Positions 17,361 to 26,190 of a DNA stretch of 64,000 nucleotides are shown in pieces (position 1 is the stretch's first letter; the number at the start of each line of letters is the position of its first letter). Location: the IMG/VR virus record IMGVR_UViG_3300035070_002626, positions 186,001-250,000 of that record; one strand, given 5' to 3'. Both the position numbers and the translations under genes were made by a program. The notes beneath the pieces are model-generated. The model was not told the DNA's origin, did no database searches, and was given only the letters and a program-made list of their open reading frames with translations.

Positions 17361-18932
17361 TTAAAACATTGCCACAAACGGCAAAGGTTCAATTTGATCC
17401 TCTCCAAAATCAGTCATGTGTGTATCCAGTTCCTTGTGATACCCTGTTAAAATTTGCAACATACGAATAGCTAATATGGTAGACATAACCAAATCATCTG
17501 TTTCTCCTGGTTTAGCTGCATAGCTAGTGCCATGGGCTACGAAATTTTTAAATTCGCTTATCAAGCTTCTGCTACGAACTGTCATTTTGTCTGTTTCTAC
17601 AAGTGTTTTTAACTTTGCACACGCCGAAACTTTACTCTTATTGGTAGTGTTAAATCCTTTGCGATATCGTCTGCTACTGCCACTAACAACACTGTTGTCG
17701 CTTAGGAAGTAACCAGGTATGTTTTGTTCTCCGTATTGCTCAATAGTAATCAATGCAGCTTCACCTAATGTGTTGTTTTCAACCGAGTAGTATATACTCT
17801 GTGCATCTTGAACCTCATCGTTAATATGTTTAATAATATCAACTAGTATACGAATTTGGTCTGGAATAGGAGTTTTATTGTGTCGCCATTCTGCTATCTG
17901 TTCTGTTGTGTTAGCCTCAAACACTTGGATAGCACTTGGGTCGCCGCCTGTGCCCAGACTTGGATCTAATGCTACTACATAGATTCTATTTTTCTGTGGC
18001 TTTTTATACCAGCGAACTTGTCCAGTTTTGTACAACGGCTCTATACCTTCAAGGTCGATCAGTTTGGTTGGAGCAATAAGTGTTTCGTCGTTAATAATGA
18101 ATTCACAATCCATTTCTCGCCGAAAACGCTCAACTCCTAATATCGCACGTTGCTCATCTGCCCATTCTTCGTCTCTGTCAGGATGCTCGGCCCAATATGC
18201 TCGATATGCTTTAAATCCATTAATACCCAAGTCTTTGGTATTTCCAAACTCGTCTTCGGTTTTGTTTGCACCTTTCCATATGTATGCAAACTGATCCTCA
18301 TCACTATTCGGTGTACTAGTAATAATAGCTCCACCACCTGTACTCAATGTAGGCGATATACTAGTCCAAAATTCTTTAGCAATAGTAGGTCGAACAAATG
18401 CAAACTCGTCACAATATAAAAGTGTAATACTCATACCACGTCCGGTATTTTCAGTTGTTGTTTGTGCTACAATACGACTTCCGTTGTCAAATTCAATACT
18501 GCCTTTATTATAACTTACTACACCGGCTCGTATGTGATTTGGACATGCTTCATATGCATACCTTACACGTTGCATAATCTCCTGAGCACCTGCATACTTG
18601 TGCGCTGCAACAAGAATTGTACTGTCGGGCTTGAACATACCAAACCAAAGAAGATAACCAGCAGCACTTGTGCTCTTACCGGTTTGTCGAGGCATCATTG
18701 ATATTGAAAATCTGTTTTCATGATAGGTTTGAATCAAGCGTTCTTGAAATTCCCATGGATCGTATTGCATTTTTCCTTGCACAGGGTGTTGTATGAAGAA
18801 AAAGTTCTTCATAAAGTATTCAGCACCCTTTACTGGATCAGCACACAACACAAATTCTTGAATTTGCTGCTCGGTGTATTCTTCTTTTTTATGGGGACTT
18901 TTAATTAGTACCCCGTCAAGTGATTTACTCAT
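17361..18932 (-). CDS. gp17: Terminase large subunit
   Basis: MPRQTGKST Walker A, LLYCDEFAF Walker B, ITSTPN, nuclease ALDPSLG, DDLVMS; 523 aa. Confidence 0.95.
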   Translation of the reverse strand: MSKSLDGVLIKSPHKKEEYTEQQIQEFVLCADPVKGAEYFMKNFFFIQHPVQGKMQYDPWEFQERLIQTYHENRFSISMMPRQTGKSTSAAGYLLWFGMFKPDSTILVAAHKYAGAQEIMQRVRYAYEACPNHIRAGVVSYNKGSIEFDNGSRIVAQTTTENTGRGMSITLLYCDEFAFVRPTIAKEFWTSISPTLSTGGGAIITSTPNSDEDQFAYIWKGANKTEDEFGNTKDLGINGFKAYRAYWAEHPDRDEEWADEQRAILGVERFRREMDCEFIINDETLIAPTKLIDLEGIEPLYKTGQVRWYKKPQKNRIYVVALDPSLGTGGDPSAIQVFEANTTEQIAEWRHNKTPIPDQIRILVDIIKHINDEVQDAQSIYYSVENNTLGEAALITIEQYGEQNIPGYFLSDNSVVSGSSRRYRKGFNTTNKSKVSACAKLKTLVETDKMTVRSRSLISEFKNFVAHGTSYAAKPGETDDLVMSTILAIRMLQILTGYHKELDTHMTDFGEDQIEPLPFVAMF

Positions 18933-18937
18933 GTTAA

Positions 18938-18974
18938 TACTTATCTACTGTGTGTGGCCTTATGCAGTTAAATA
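18938..18974. promoter_or_regulatory. Back-to-back late-type promoters (TAAGTA on minus for terminase; TAAATA on plus for HNH)
   Basis: Minus: GATAAGTA ttaac ATG(18932). Plus: TTAAATA at 18968-74, 8 nt before ATG 18983. Confidence 0.5.
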
Positions 18975-18982
18975 CTGTTAGC

Positions 18983-19528
18983 ATGGAAAGTACATTAATA
19001 CTAGCACCCGACTACCAACCAGTAAGTTTCTTGCCACTATCAACAATTAGTTGGCAAACAGCAATTAAGTTGTTTTTCCTCGACAGGGTAACTGTACTGG
19101 AATGGCACGATGACTGGGTGGTACACAGTACAAAGTTGGACATACGAGTACCAGCAGTTGTTGTGTCCAATCGAGGATTTAAACGTTCTAGAAAAAAACC
19201 ACGTTTTACCAGGCAAGGATTGTATCTTAGAGATGTATACACTTGCCAATATTGCGAAGAAGTTGTTGGAAAAAAAGATTTAACGTTGGATCATGTTATA
19301 CCAATTAGCCGAGGTGGCAAAACAACATGGGAAAACAGTGTAACTGCATGTGGATCGTGCAACTCGAGAAAGGGCAGTGCTCTGTGGAAACCAATCAAGC
19401 AACCAGTTGCACCAGATTATTGGGATATTGCAAATCGTATTAGAAATATCCCAATGAAAATACGTCACGAAAGTTGGCAAAAATACATTGGTGCAACAAA
19501 TGTAACTGTTACTCGTCTATCTGCTTAG
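18983..19528 (+). CDS. HNH endonuclease (McrA-like, Zn-binding)
   Basis: TCQYC...LTLDHVIPISRGGKTTWENSVTACGSCNSRKG. Start reassigned to MESTLIL downstream of the promoter. Confidence 0.88.
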   Translation: MESTLILAPDYQPVSFLPLSTISWQTAIKLFFLDRVTVLEWHDDWVVHSTKLDIRVPAVVVSNRGFKRSRKKPRFTRQGLYLRDVYTCQYCEEVVGKKDLTLDHVIPISRGGKTTWENSVTACGSCNSRKGSALWKPIKQPVAPDYWDIANRIRNIPMKIRHESWQKYIGATNVTVTRLSA

Positions 19529-19646
19529 GCTGAACGTTTCTTACAAACTGCTCTGCACTGACTGCGTACTCAACCGGAGCTGGCGCAACCCTAGGAGCAG
19601 GCTTGGGGGCAGGTTGAAGCCCGCCAATTTTAATACTGTTAATCAT
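19509..19646 (-). CDS. 45-aa Pro-rich hypothetical protein (not in ORF track)
   Basis: Manual: MINSIKIGGLQPAPKPAPRVAPAPVEYAVSAEQFVRNVQPKQIDE*; start overlaps the end of the upstream ORF. Confidence 0.4.
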   Translation of the reverse strand: MINSIKIGGLQPAPKPAPRVAPAPVEYAVSAEQFVRNVQPKQIDE

Positions 19647-19794
19647 CTTCTCTCTTTACAAGTTCTATTTTAATGGCATCTTCTGCTCGTAGTATATTAT
19701 AACGCTGTTGCACATCCTGTGTTATATGATACACTAGATCAAGTTTTTGCAACTTTGCTTCAAGAGCAGGTGTTGACACATTTGATAATTGCAT
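19639..19794 (-). CDS. 51-aa hypothetical protein (not in ORF track)
   Basis: Manual: MQLSNVSTPALEAKLQKLDLVYHITQDVQQRYNILRAEDAIKIELVKREDD*; fills the gap after the nuclease gene. Confidence 0.5.
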   Translation of the reverse strand: MQLSNVSTPALEAKLQKLDLVYHITQDVQQRYNILRAEDAIKIELVKREDD

Positions 19795-19802
19795 ACATTG
19801 TC

Positions 19803-20249
19803 CTAAACTTCAACCACGCCTTCGGCAATAAGTTTGGCCCTGTTAGCCATGTGATGTTCTAGTAATTCTTCTTTGCTGCCACCCATGTAAGGAACTGCAT
19901 GTCCTTCTAGCATCATTATCTCTGTAACAGGCATTGTCCTATCCTGTGGTGCATAGTATACACTAAAGTCGCCTAGGATACGTCCAAATTTGCCTTTCAT
20001 GTCTTCGCCGTCTCGTGCTATCTGTGTTTTAAGCACAAGGTTTGGCGCTTCTAGTAGTTCTATCATACGCTTTTTTGCTGCTAATCCAAACTTTTTTTCT
20101 ACTAAATCTCTTGTGCGGCTTTCGGGTGTGTCGATACCCATGATTCTCACACGTTCATCTCTCATCCAAATACCAAAACCCAAGTCAATGTCAACATCAA
20201 CTGTGTCACCGTCAACGACATTTACCAATTTGGCCTTATATTCGTACAT
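19803..20249 (-). CDS. Thermonuclease (staphylococcal nuclease-like)
   Basis: VVDGDTVDV, RVRIMGIDTPES, KGKFGRILG, LEGHAVPY; AGGAG SD. Confidence 0.88.
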   Translation of the reverse strand: MYEYKAKLVNVVDGDTVDVDIDLGFGIWMRDERVRIMGIDTPESRTRDLVEKKFGLAAKKRMIELLEAPNLVLKTQIARDGEDMKGKFGRILGDFSVYYAPQDRTMPVTEIMMLEGHAVPYMGGSKEELLEHHMANRAKLIAEGVVEV

Positions 20250-20276
20250 GTTGTGCTCCTGTTATGGTATTATCTA

Positions 20277-21140
20277 TTAAGAAAGATCGTCGTATAAGAT
20301 GAGGTTAAAAGTGCTACTCACTAAACTGTTGTTTGTAGTACTGTATGCACGAACTTCGATGTCACAACCTGCAACTATTTTTAATGGAATTGTGTAATTT
20401 TTTGAATATGTTGTTGCACTCACTGTGATAATGTCACGAGCATTCCAAGAACCATTTCCTGCTGCATTAGGGTCACGTGTCATAAACATTGCAATTGCAT
20501 CTGTATTTTGCTTACCAGCGCCAACAGTCCATTGTGTTACATATCCGGTTTTGCCTTCAGGTATTGTGTACAATGCCATAAATGTTTGTCCACGTCCGGA
20601 TGCAGTAATGCCTACGCCGTCTAAGCCAATGATTGCTAACACTGTGCTAGTGTCATCACTGGTAATACTGATTGTTCCTTCGTTAACACCTGATGTGCCT
20701 GCTGAAAGAACCTTTACACGAAACACCCGCCTGAACGCAGCAACTGATGTACTACCAAGATTAACTATTTCTTCAATAATTGCACCTGCTTGGCTTAGAC
20801 CTTGAATTTCTACATTTCTTGCGCCTGTACCAGTTGGATTGTCTTGGACTGCACTACTAGTTACTGTTACGGTTTCCGCAGTTTCGATGTATGTGTAAAT
20901 TCCGCCGCCATCCCAGATAGTTTCTTTGTTGCTGTCAACATCTATATTCATACCAAACTTTTCAATGTAGCTTACGCCATCAACATCTCCCGCACTGATA
21001 TTGATTGCCCAACTGAATGTATCACCAGATGTTCGGAGTATAGGTTGCCCGGCGGCATTGTAATCCATTGCCTGGTGTATATCATTTAATTGATAGTTTG
21101 GATGTTGATGTACGTATGATGTAGGACCAATAATTGACAT
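20277..21140 (-). CDS. Hypothetical beta-rich protein, possibly structural
   Basis: 287 aa, G/S/T/V-rich, in a late operon. Confidence 0.5.
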   Translation of the reverse strand: MSIIGPTSYVHQHPNYQLNDIHQAMDYNAAGQPILRTSGDTFSWAINISAGDVDGVSYIEKFGMNIDVDSNKETIWDGGGIYTYIETAETVTVTSSAVQDNPTGTGARNVEIQGLSQAGAIIEEIVNLGSTSVAAFRRVFRVKVLSAGTSGVNEGTISITSDDTSTVLAIIGLDGVGITASGRGQTFMALYTIPEGKTGYVTQWTVGAGKQNTDAIAMFMTRDPNAAGNGSWNARDIITVSATTYSKNYTIPLKIVAGCDIEVRAYSTTNNSLVSSTFNLILYDDLS

Positions 21141-21144
21141 TGTA

Positions 21145-21522
21145 TTACCTCGGATATCCTTTAAATGCTATAACTGGGCTTTCGGTGTGAACACCGTCAG
21201 GTTCTCGACTGCCTGTGTGCGACCCGTCTTCTTTACTAACCATCCCAAGTGCAGCAAACGCTTTCTTTGCCATATCTCTTTCTACATCAGAGAACGGGCT
21301 AATAAGACCATCGCCGCCAATCCAACTTTCTGGATCTGGCATGTTTTCATTGTTTCCTTCAGCGTCCATTCCGGCCATGGCGATAGTAGCACGATACATA
21401 TCGTAGTAGCCTTTGCTTCTCACATGGCCAGGACTTGCTGCTTGATGCACATGGGGCGCTTTGCCTTTCCTGTGCTTAAAACGCAAGCCTCTTTCTTCCT
21501 GTAGGAATTCAATAGCTCTCAT
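21145..21522 (-). CDS. Hypothetical protein with capsid-targeting-like N-terminus
   Basis: Begins MRAIEFLQE/E. Confidence 0.55.
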   Translation of the reverse strand: MRAIEFLQEERGLRFKHRKGKAPHVHQAASPGHVRSKGYYDMYRATIAMAGMDAEGNNENMPDPESWIGGDGLISPFSDVERDMAKKAFAALGMVSKEDGSHTGSREPDGVHTESPVIAFKGYPR

Positions 21523-21812
21523 TAGATATTATAAACTCCGCTGTTTGCACTTGAAGCAGTGCCTACTTCGGCAGCTGTAGAATTACTACCAACAATAGTA
21601 AGCTGATTGCCGACACCTATATACATGTATCTTGTGTTGTTTGCAGGAATAACTATTGGCGCACTATAGATAGTGTCTGCATTTTCATTTGGCTTACCTG
21701 CAAGAATAACTTGTGCTGTTACGCTGTTACTGCCAGTTGAGATCATTGCTTTATCTGTAGCCCAGGCTTGTGCTGAAATTGCACCTGCGTATACTGTTGA
21801 TTGACTAGCCAT
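21522..21812 (-). CDS. Small beta-rich hypothetical protein
   Basis: 96-aa ORF translationally coupled to its neighbours. Confidence 0.55.
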   Translation of the reverse strand: MASQSTVYAGAISAQAWATDKAMISTGSNSVTAQVILAGKPNENADTIYSAPIVIPANNTRYMYIGVGNQLTIVGSNSTAAEVGTASSANSGVYNI

Positions 21813-21822
21813 TTATTTTTCC

Positions 21823-22749
21823 TTATGATGTAATCTTGCTTACTGGTTTTTTACTCCACATACGGCAACTCCAGTAGCCTGCTTTTGTTCTATCTTTTTT
21901 ATCTGAGCAATTGTGTCTGGCACGGAAGTTCTTACGAGCGTCTGGGTTGTCTCTGCGGATTTCCATGTTAGGATCGCCAAAGTTTACTTTTTTAACATTT
22001 CCTGTTTTAGGATCTTTTACATACACTTTAAACTTTTTAACATCGCCCCTTGATGGCTTGCCAAGCTTAACTTCACGTCCTTGGTATTTGGCTTCATTGG
22101 TTTTGCCATACTCCAAGGTTTGCATCACATTGTTAACCATTGCGCTAACATCACTTGAGCCCATTTCTTCATCATCAGCATGAAGTTCAGCTTCTTGTTC
22201 AATTGCGTCAATCATACGGTCAACACCGTACTGTCTCACCAGATCGCTAAATCCCCCCATGGTCATGAGTCTACGCTTGATAATGTCTGCTACATCGTCT
22301 GAATCTTCAACAAGTTCAAAACTTTCAGCAAGTGCAGTGTGATGTTTTTTCATATAGAATGCAGCAGTATCTTTGTTACCCATGCGTTCGTGAAATTTTG
22401 CTTGATCAGAATAGTTAGTTGTAACCTCGGCTGATTCAAAATAATTTGTTGCTGCTTCTCTACCGTGCTTTTTAATGAACTCTGCTTTACTCATGTTTTC
22501 AGCATCGTCAAGTTGAGAATCTTTCATCTTGCCTTCGGATACTTCGTCGTCGTCACTCATTGTGCAGCCGCAGCCTTCGAGCACCGATAGTCCATATTCA
22601 TCTGCTTCAATAACCACACCATCATCGTTGTGACTTGCAACATCAAACTCTAGTGCTAGTTCTTCGTTAACAACAGCGACAAATACATCGCCCTCAATCA
22701 TAAACGACTGTGCTCTTTCGCTTTCGGAGATGTATTTTGTTAAACTCAT
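21823..22749 (-). CDS. Modular hypothetical protein with a basic C-terminal domain (DUF6321-like)
   Basis: N-terminus MSLTKYISE/S; C-terminal KFKVYVKDPK..KVNFGD...FRARHNC...AGYWSCRMW. The DUF label is from memory. Confidence 0.6.
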   Translation of the reverse strand: MSLTKYISESERAQSFMIEGDVFVAVVNEELALEFDVASHNDDGVVIEADEYGLSVLEGCGCTMSDDDEVSEGKMKDSQLDDAENMSKAEFIKKHGREAATNYFESAEVTTNYSDQAKFHERMGNKDTAAFYMKKHHTALAESFELVEDSDDVADIIKRRLMTMGGFSDLVRQYGVDRMIDAIEQEAELHADDEEMGSSDVSAMVNNVMQTLEYGKTNEAKYQGREVKLGKPSRGDVKKFKVYVKDPKTGNVKKVNFGDPNMEIRRDNPDARKNFRARHNCSDKKDRTKAGYWSCRMWSKKPVSKITS

Positions 22750-24170
22750 TTTGTTTTAAACTCTTGATAAAGTGACATTAGGTGACTTTCAGTGATATCT
22801 TCAAGATTGACTGTGTTATTACCCATACCCTGCATAGCCAATGCATTGTCGCCAGGGTTGTTAGGATTAACTTGCTGCTTCTGTCTGTTAAGACCACCAC
22901 TAATTGTATTAACAAGTGTTTCGGTATCAGCTGTTGCAGTATCGTCAGCAGCATTAGCAAAATCTTGATCTTCGGCAACAGCTTCGTGTTGCATACCAAG
23001 CGAACCAAGTCCTGCTAGCTGTAGCAATGAACCAAGTTTGGCTGCATCTTCGTCTGTTGCAGTAACAGTTAGGCTTGGGCCGCTTTGATCATTCATACTA
23101 ACGTTGATATTCATACCTTCCATTAGTCTCATTGCATTTTGAGCAATATCGTTGCCTTCGTACACACTTGCATGTTTGTACAATGATTTACCGTTGCCAC
23201 TTGCATCTGTTGCAACTGCGCCGGCTGTTGTTGTTTCTTCAACTTTTTCTTCCTCGTCGACTTGTACATCATCATCTAATTTGTGTGCTGTGTCTTTACT
23301 CATTGTAGTTTTGTGTGTTTTGCCGCCAAACTCGAAATCTTTTTTACCTGCACGTGCTGCCGCCGCTGCCGCTTGATTAAATGCATTTTCGTCAATGTCA
23401 TCTTCGTTAACTGCATCTTCGTTCATGTCATTGTGTCTACGGAAGTCTGCCACGAAGTCTTGTAGTGTATCGCCATCTAGGTAGCGCACTAATTCGCTGA
23501 AGACTGGGTGAGCTGCACAGTCTAATTCGTCGCATAACTCCCAAATAGACTCAGCACTATCGCCCACTGCTTCTTCAACTGACTCTTCCCATGGTGCTTT
23601 CTTTAGAGATACTTTTTTTCTTTCTTCGCCACGCTCTGGTTCGGATGCTTTTGCTAATGCCTGCATGTGTGCACGTTCATCTTCATCTGATGATTCGCTT
23701 ACTGCATTACAATTGCAATGCTTGCAATCTGGTGGACAGTTACAGTCTTCTGCTTTAACATCACTGCCGCAGCACTTGTCCGAACAATGTGTGTCTTTTG
23801 CTTCCGCAACATCTTCATCATCTAACACTACTTCGCTTGCAATTCTACTAGCAGCAGATTCGGCAGTTTCGCTTTCGCCGGCCGCTTCTTCAATTTCACT
23901 TAGAGGCACACCTGCTAGTTCAGCTAAACGTGACATCATAGCATCTTTAAGCTCAGCTTTGATAGTCCCAGCAGTTTCTTTAACTTCTTTGAGTTTGGCA
24001 AGGTTGTCCATGCTTAGTGCAGTGTCTGCAAAAATACTGTCATCTTCGGATATAGCTTTAGTTGATTCTTTTTTGAGGTTTTCAATATTACCAGCTGTGT
24101 CACTTTCCATGATAGGAGTTTTATTAGCAACGTCTTGTAATTTTGCGAGTGTTGTGTAAATGTTGTCCAT
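22746..24170 (-). CDS. Acidic modular protein (putative internal-head polyprotein) with a Cys-rich module
   Basis: 474 aa, very D/E-rich, many V/L/M-x-E junctions; HCSDKCCGSDVKAEDCNCPPDCKHCNCN. Confidence 0.6.
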   Translation of the reverse strand: MDNIYTTLAKLQDVANKTPIMESDTAGNIENLKKESTKAISEDDSIFADTALSMDNLAKLKEVKETAGTIKAELKDAMMSRLAELAGVPLSEIEEAAGESETAESAASRIASEVVLDDEDVAEAKDTHCSDKCCGSDVKAEDCNCPPDCKHCNCNAVSESSDEDERAHMQALAKASEPERGEERKKVSLKKAPWEESVEEAVGDSAESIWELCDELDCAAHPVFSELVRYLDGDTLQDFVADFRRHNDMNEDAVNEDDIDENAFNQAAAAAARAGKKDFEFGGKTHKTTMSKDTAHKLDDDVQVDEEEKVEETTTAGAVATDASGNGKSLYKHASVYEGNDIAQNAMRLMEGMNINVSMNDQSGPSLTVTATDEDAAKLGSLLQLAGLGSLGMQHEAVAEDQDFANAADDTATADTETLVNTISGGLNRQKQQVNPNNPGDNALAMQGMGNNTVNLEDITESHLMSLYQEFKTK

Positions 24171-24181
24171 GTGTTTGTTCC

Positions 24182-24790
24182 TTAACTATCTGCTTTACCA
24201 GCGGAACTTTTCACCGTTGGAATTTTGTTTTTACCCATAATTGGGCTGTCTTTACCAGCTGGAGTATCGGTGTTGTAAACTGCTGGTGCAGTTTTACCGC
24301 CTGCAATTGTGTAATCACTTGCATACTCGTTGCCTACTACTTCACGCTGATAGGGGTCAGCACTGTAGTATTCGCTAGCTTCTTTAGACTCAGCACTATT
24401 TGGCCCGTATTCAGTACCAAGTAGCGGATTTGTTTGATCGTCATATCCATCACGCTCGTTGTCAACGCTGTCAGCATATCCAGCTTGTTGAATAATCATA
24501 TGGTTTGGATCCATACCCATTAACCTGGCAATCTGCATAATCTGTGGCGGAGTTGCTGGATAGTTAAACGATACGTCAAAGAACGACATGCCTTCGTTTT
24601 CAACACCTGGAAAATCTTGAAGTGTTTTTTGAATTGGTAATCTTTTTACATCGGACATAGTAATAACGTCAAACTGTTGAAGTTTTTCTTCTAGTGCGTT
24701 AATAAACTTTGCATCCGTATCACCGAGTATTTTGATTCTATAATCAAAAGTTTTTTTAGACTCGGTTAGATAGCTTGCGAATGATTTCAT
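24182..24790 (-). CDS. Hypothetical protein with a T4 internal-protein-like N-terminus
   Basis: MKSFASYLTE/S; own TAAATA (24812-17) and AGGGG SD. Confidence 0.6.
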   Translation of the reverse strand: MKSFASYLTESKKTFDYRIKILGDTDAKFINALEEKLQQFDVITMSDVKRLPIQKTLQDFPGVENEGMSFFDVSFNYPATPPQIMQIARLMGMDPNHMIIQQAGYADSVDNERDGYDDQTNPLLGTEYGPNSAESKEASEYYSADPYQREVVGNEYASDYTIAGGKTAPAVYNTDTPAGKDSPIMGKNKIPTVKSSAGKADS

Positions 24791-24827
24791 CTTGTTAATC
24801 CCCTATGACAGTATTTAGCCAAATATG

Positions 24828-25349
24828 TTACTTTTCGTCTTTGTCTGTGTTCAATAAACGATCTAATAGCGCATTGCGGTCCAGTATCATTCCTGTGCCT
24901 GTAGTAGTATCGTTTTCATCGTTGCTGTTAGAAGCCGCTTGGGCCGCTTTAGCATCCAATGCGGCTTTCTTTAGTTGTAAATCAACCATTTTAAGCTTTT
25001 TGTTTAACTTTGCTGTTTTTGCAGTAATAGCATGCCCAAGCATGGTACTTGCTACACTGAACACATCACTAGCCCACCGACTGTCTATGTTCATGCCAAG
25101 ATCCATTAAGTCGTCAAAGCTTTTAGTTGCCTTGTCTGACAACTCATCCATTTCTTGGTCACTAGCATCAAGTCCTCTTACTTGAGGCAGAGCAGCTTGT
25201 ACTTTATCAAGCTCACTAAGTGCATTTTGCATTACCGGCATGTTATCAGGCGTTGGATCTGGAACATTGTCGGGTACTACTTCGTTAGCAAGCCCATCAT
25301 CGGTGTCAGAATCAGGTAGTTCAAATAATTCTTCGAGTTTACGTGTCAT
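24828..25349 (-). CDS. Probable terminase small subunit (gp16-like)
   Basis: 173-aa helical/coiled-coil protein next to gp4; VFSVASTMLGHAITAK...KKLKMVDLQLKK, terminal DRNALLDRL; TAAATA 4 nt before ATG. Confidence 0.5.
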   Translation of the reverse strand: MTRKLEELFELPDSDTDDGLANEVVPDNVPDPTPDNMPVMQNALSELDKVQAALPQVRGLDASDQEMDELSDKATKSFDDLMDLGMNIDSRWASDVFSVASTMLGHAITAKTAKLNKKLKMVDLQLKKAALDAKAAQAASNSNDENDTTTGTGMILDRNALLDRLLNTDKDEK

Positions 25350-25380
25350 GCTGTATTTATAACCTTAAAACTCAGTGTTT

Positions 25381-25821
25381 TTATTTGCGTTTTTTACCTT
25401 GATGGAAAATATCATCCTCTGTAATAACTCTGAAAGTAATACCACTTCGTTTGCACCAAGCTTGTGCCGCTGCCCACTTAGCATAGTTAACAGCAACAAC
25501 AGCTTTTTCTTTATTTGATGCTTTGCTTTCAAGCACACTTTGTTTCTTGGGCTTGATTTCGATTAGTTCAGTAATAACTTTGTTGTGTCGATTTTTATAT
25601 TGTATAAGAAAATCCGGGATGTAGCGTGATTGCTTTCCAGTAAGTGGATTTCTATACGGAATAGCAAGACTTTCGCTTGCCCAACTTACAATGTTGTCAT
25701 TGGTATCGCAGAATCGCATAAATGCTAATTCCCACCCACTGCGATATTTAGGCACGCCTTTGCCTGAATATTTAGATTGATTTAGTACTGTGTAGTAGCC
25801 TTGTTGGTACTTATTGGCCAT
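25381..25821 (-). CDS. gp4: Head completion nuclease (gp4 / TnsA-like PD-(D/E)XK)
   Basis: YRSGWE, WASE, IPYRNP, RYIPDF, IEIKPKKQ, VNYAKWAAA. Confidence 0.85.
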   Translation of the reverse strand: MANKYQQGYYTVLNQSKYSGKGVPKYRSGWELAFMRFCDTNDNIVSWASESLAIPYRNPLTGKQSRYIPDFLIQYKNRHNKVITELIEIKPKKQSVLESKASNKEKAVVAVNYAKWAAAQAWCKRSGITFRVITEDDIFHQGKKRK

Positions 25822-25828
25822 GGCTTAC

Positions 25829-26188
25829 CTATATAACTATGTTGCGAGCGGCGTATTGATTTGGAGTAGCTGTAGTTGAAATACCTAGTAGTGTTGCATT
25901 ACTACGTAGATTGTTAAGATAATATGCTAACGTGGCAGTAATCTGTACTTGATTTTGATTGCTTAGGTCATTAAGAATGGTTTCAACTGGTGTGTTGCTG
26001 TCACGTGCAATTTGAAAAACATTTAGTGTGAAATTTCTAGCGGCCATTTCGTCAGCAAATATAGGAGTAAAAAAACTCAACACGACATCGTAATCGTTGC
26101 TATTAATGTTAAGTTCACGTCCGTAGAAATCGTTAAACACTCTCACAGTTGGATCTGTATTTGGATTTACATAGTTTACAGTTGCCAT
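25829..26188 (-). CDS. Hypothetical protein (tail/baseplate module)
   Basis: 119-aa ORF coupled between the tube-like gene and gp4. Confidence 0.55.
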   Translation of the reverse strand: MATVNYVNPNTDPTVRVFNDFYGRELNINSNDYDVVLSFFTPIFADEMAARNFTLNVFQIARDSNTPVETILNDLSNQNQVQITATLAYYLNNLRSNATLLGISTTATPNQYAARNIVI

Positions 26189-26190
26189 TA

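Noticed and set aside
11610-18932. Inteins or introns in UvsX or terminase
   Set aside because: Normal lengths, contiguous motifs, and no Cys/Ser...His-Asn splice signatures seen.
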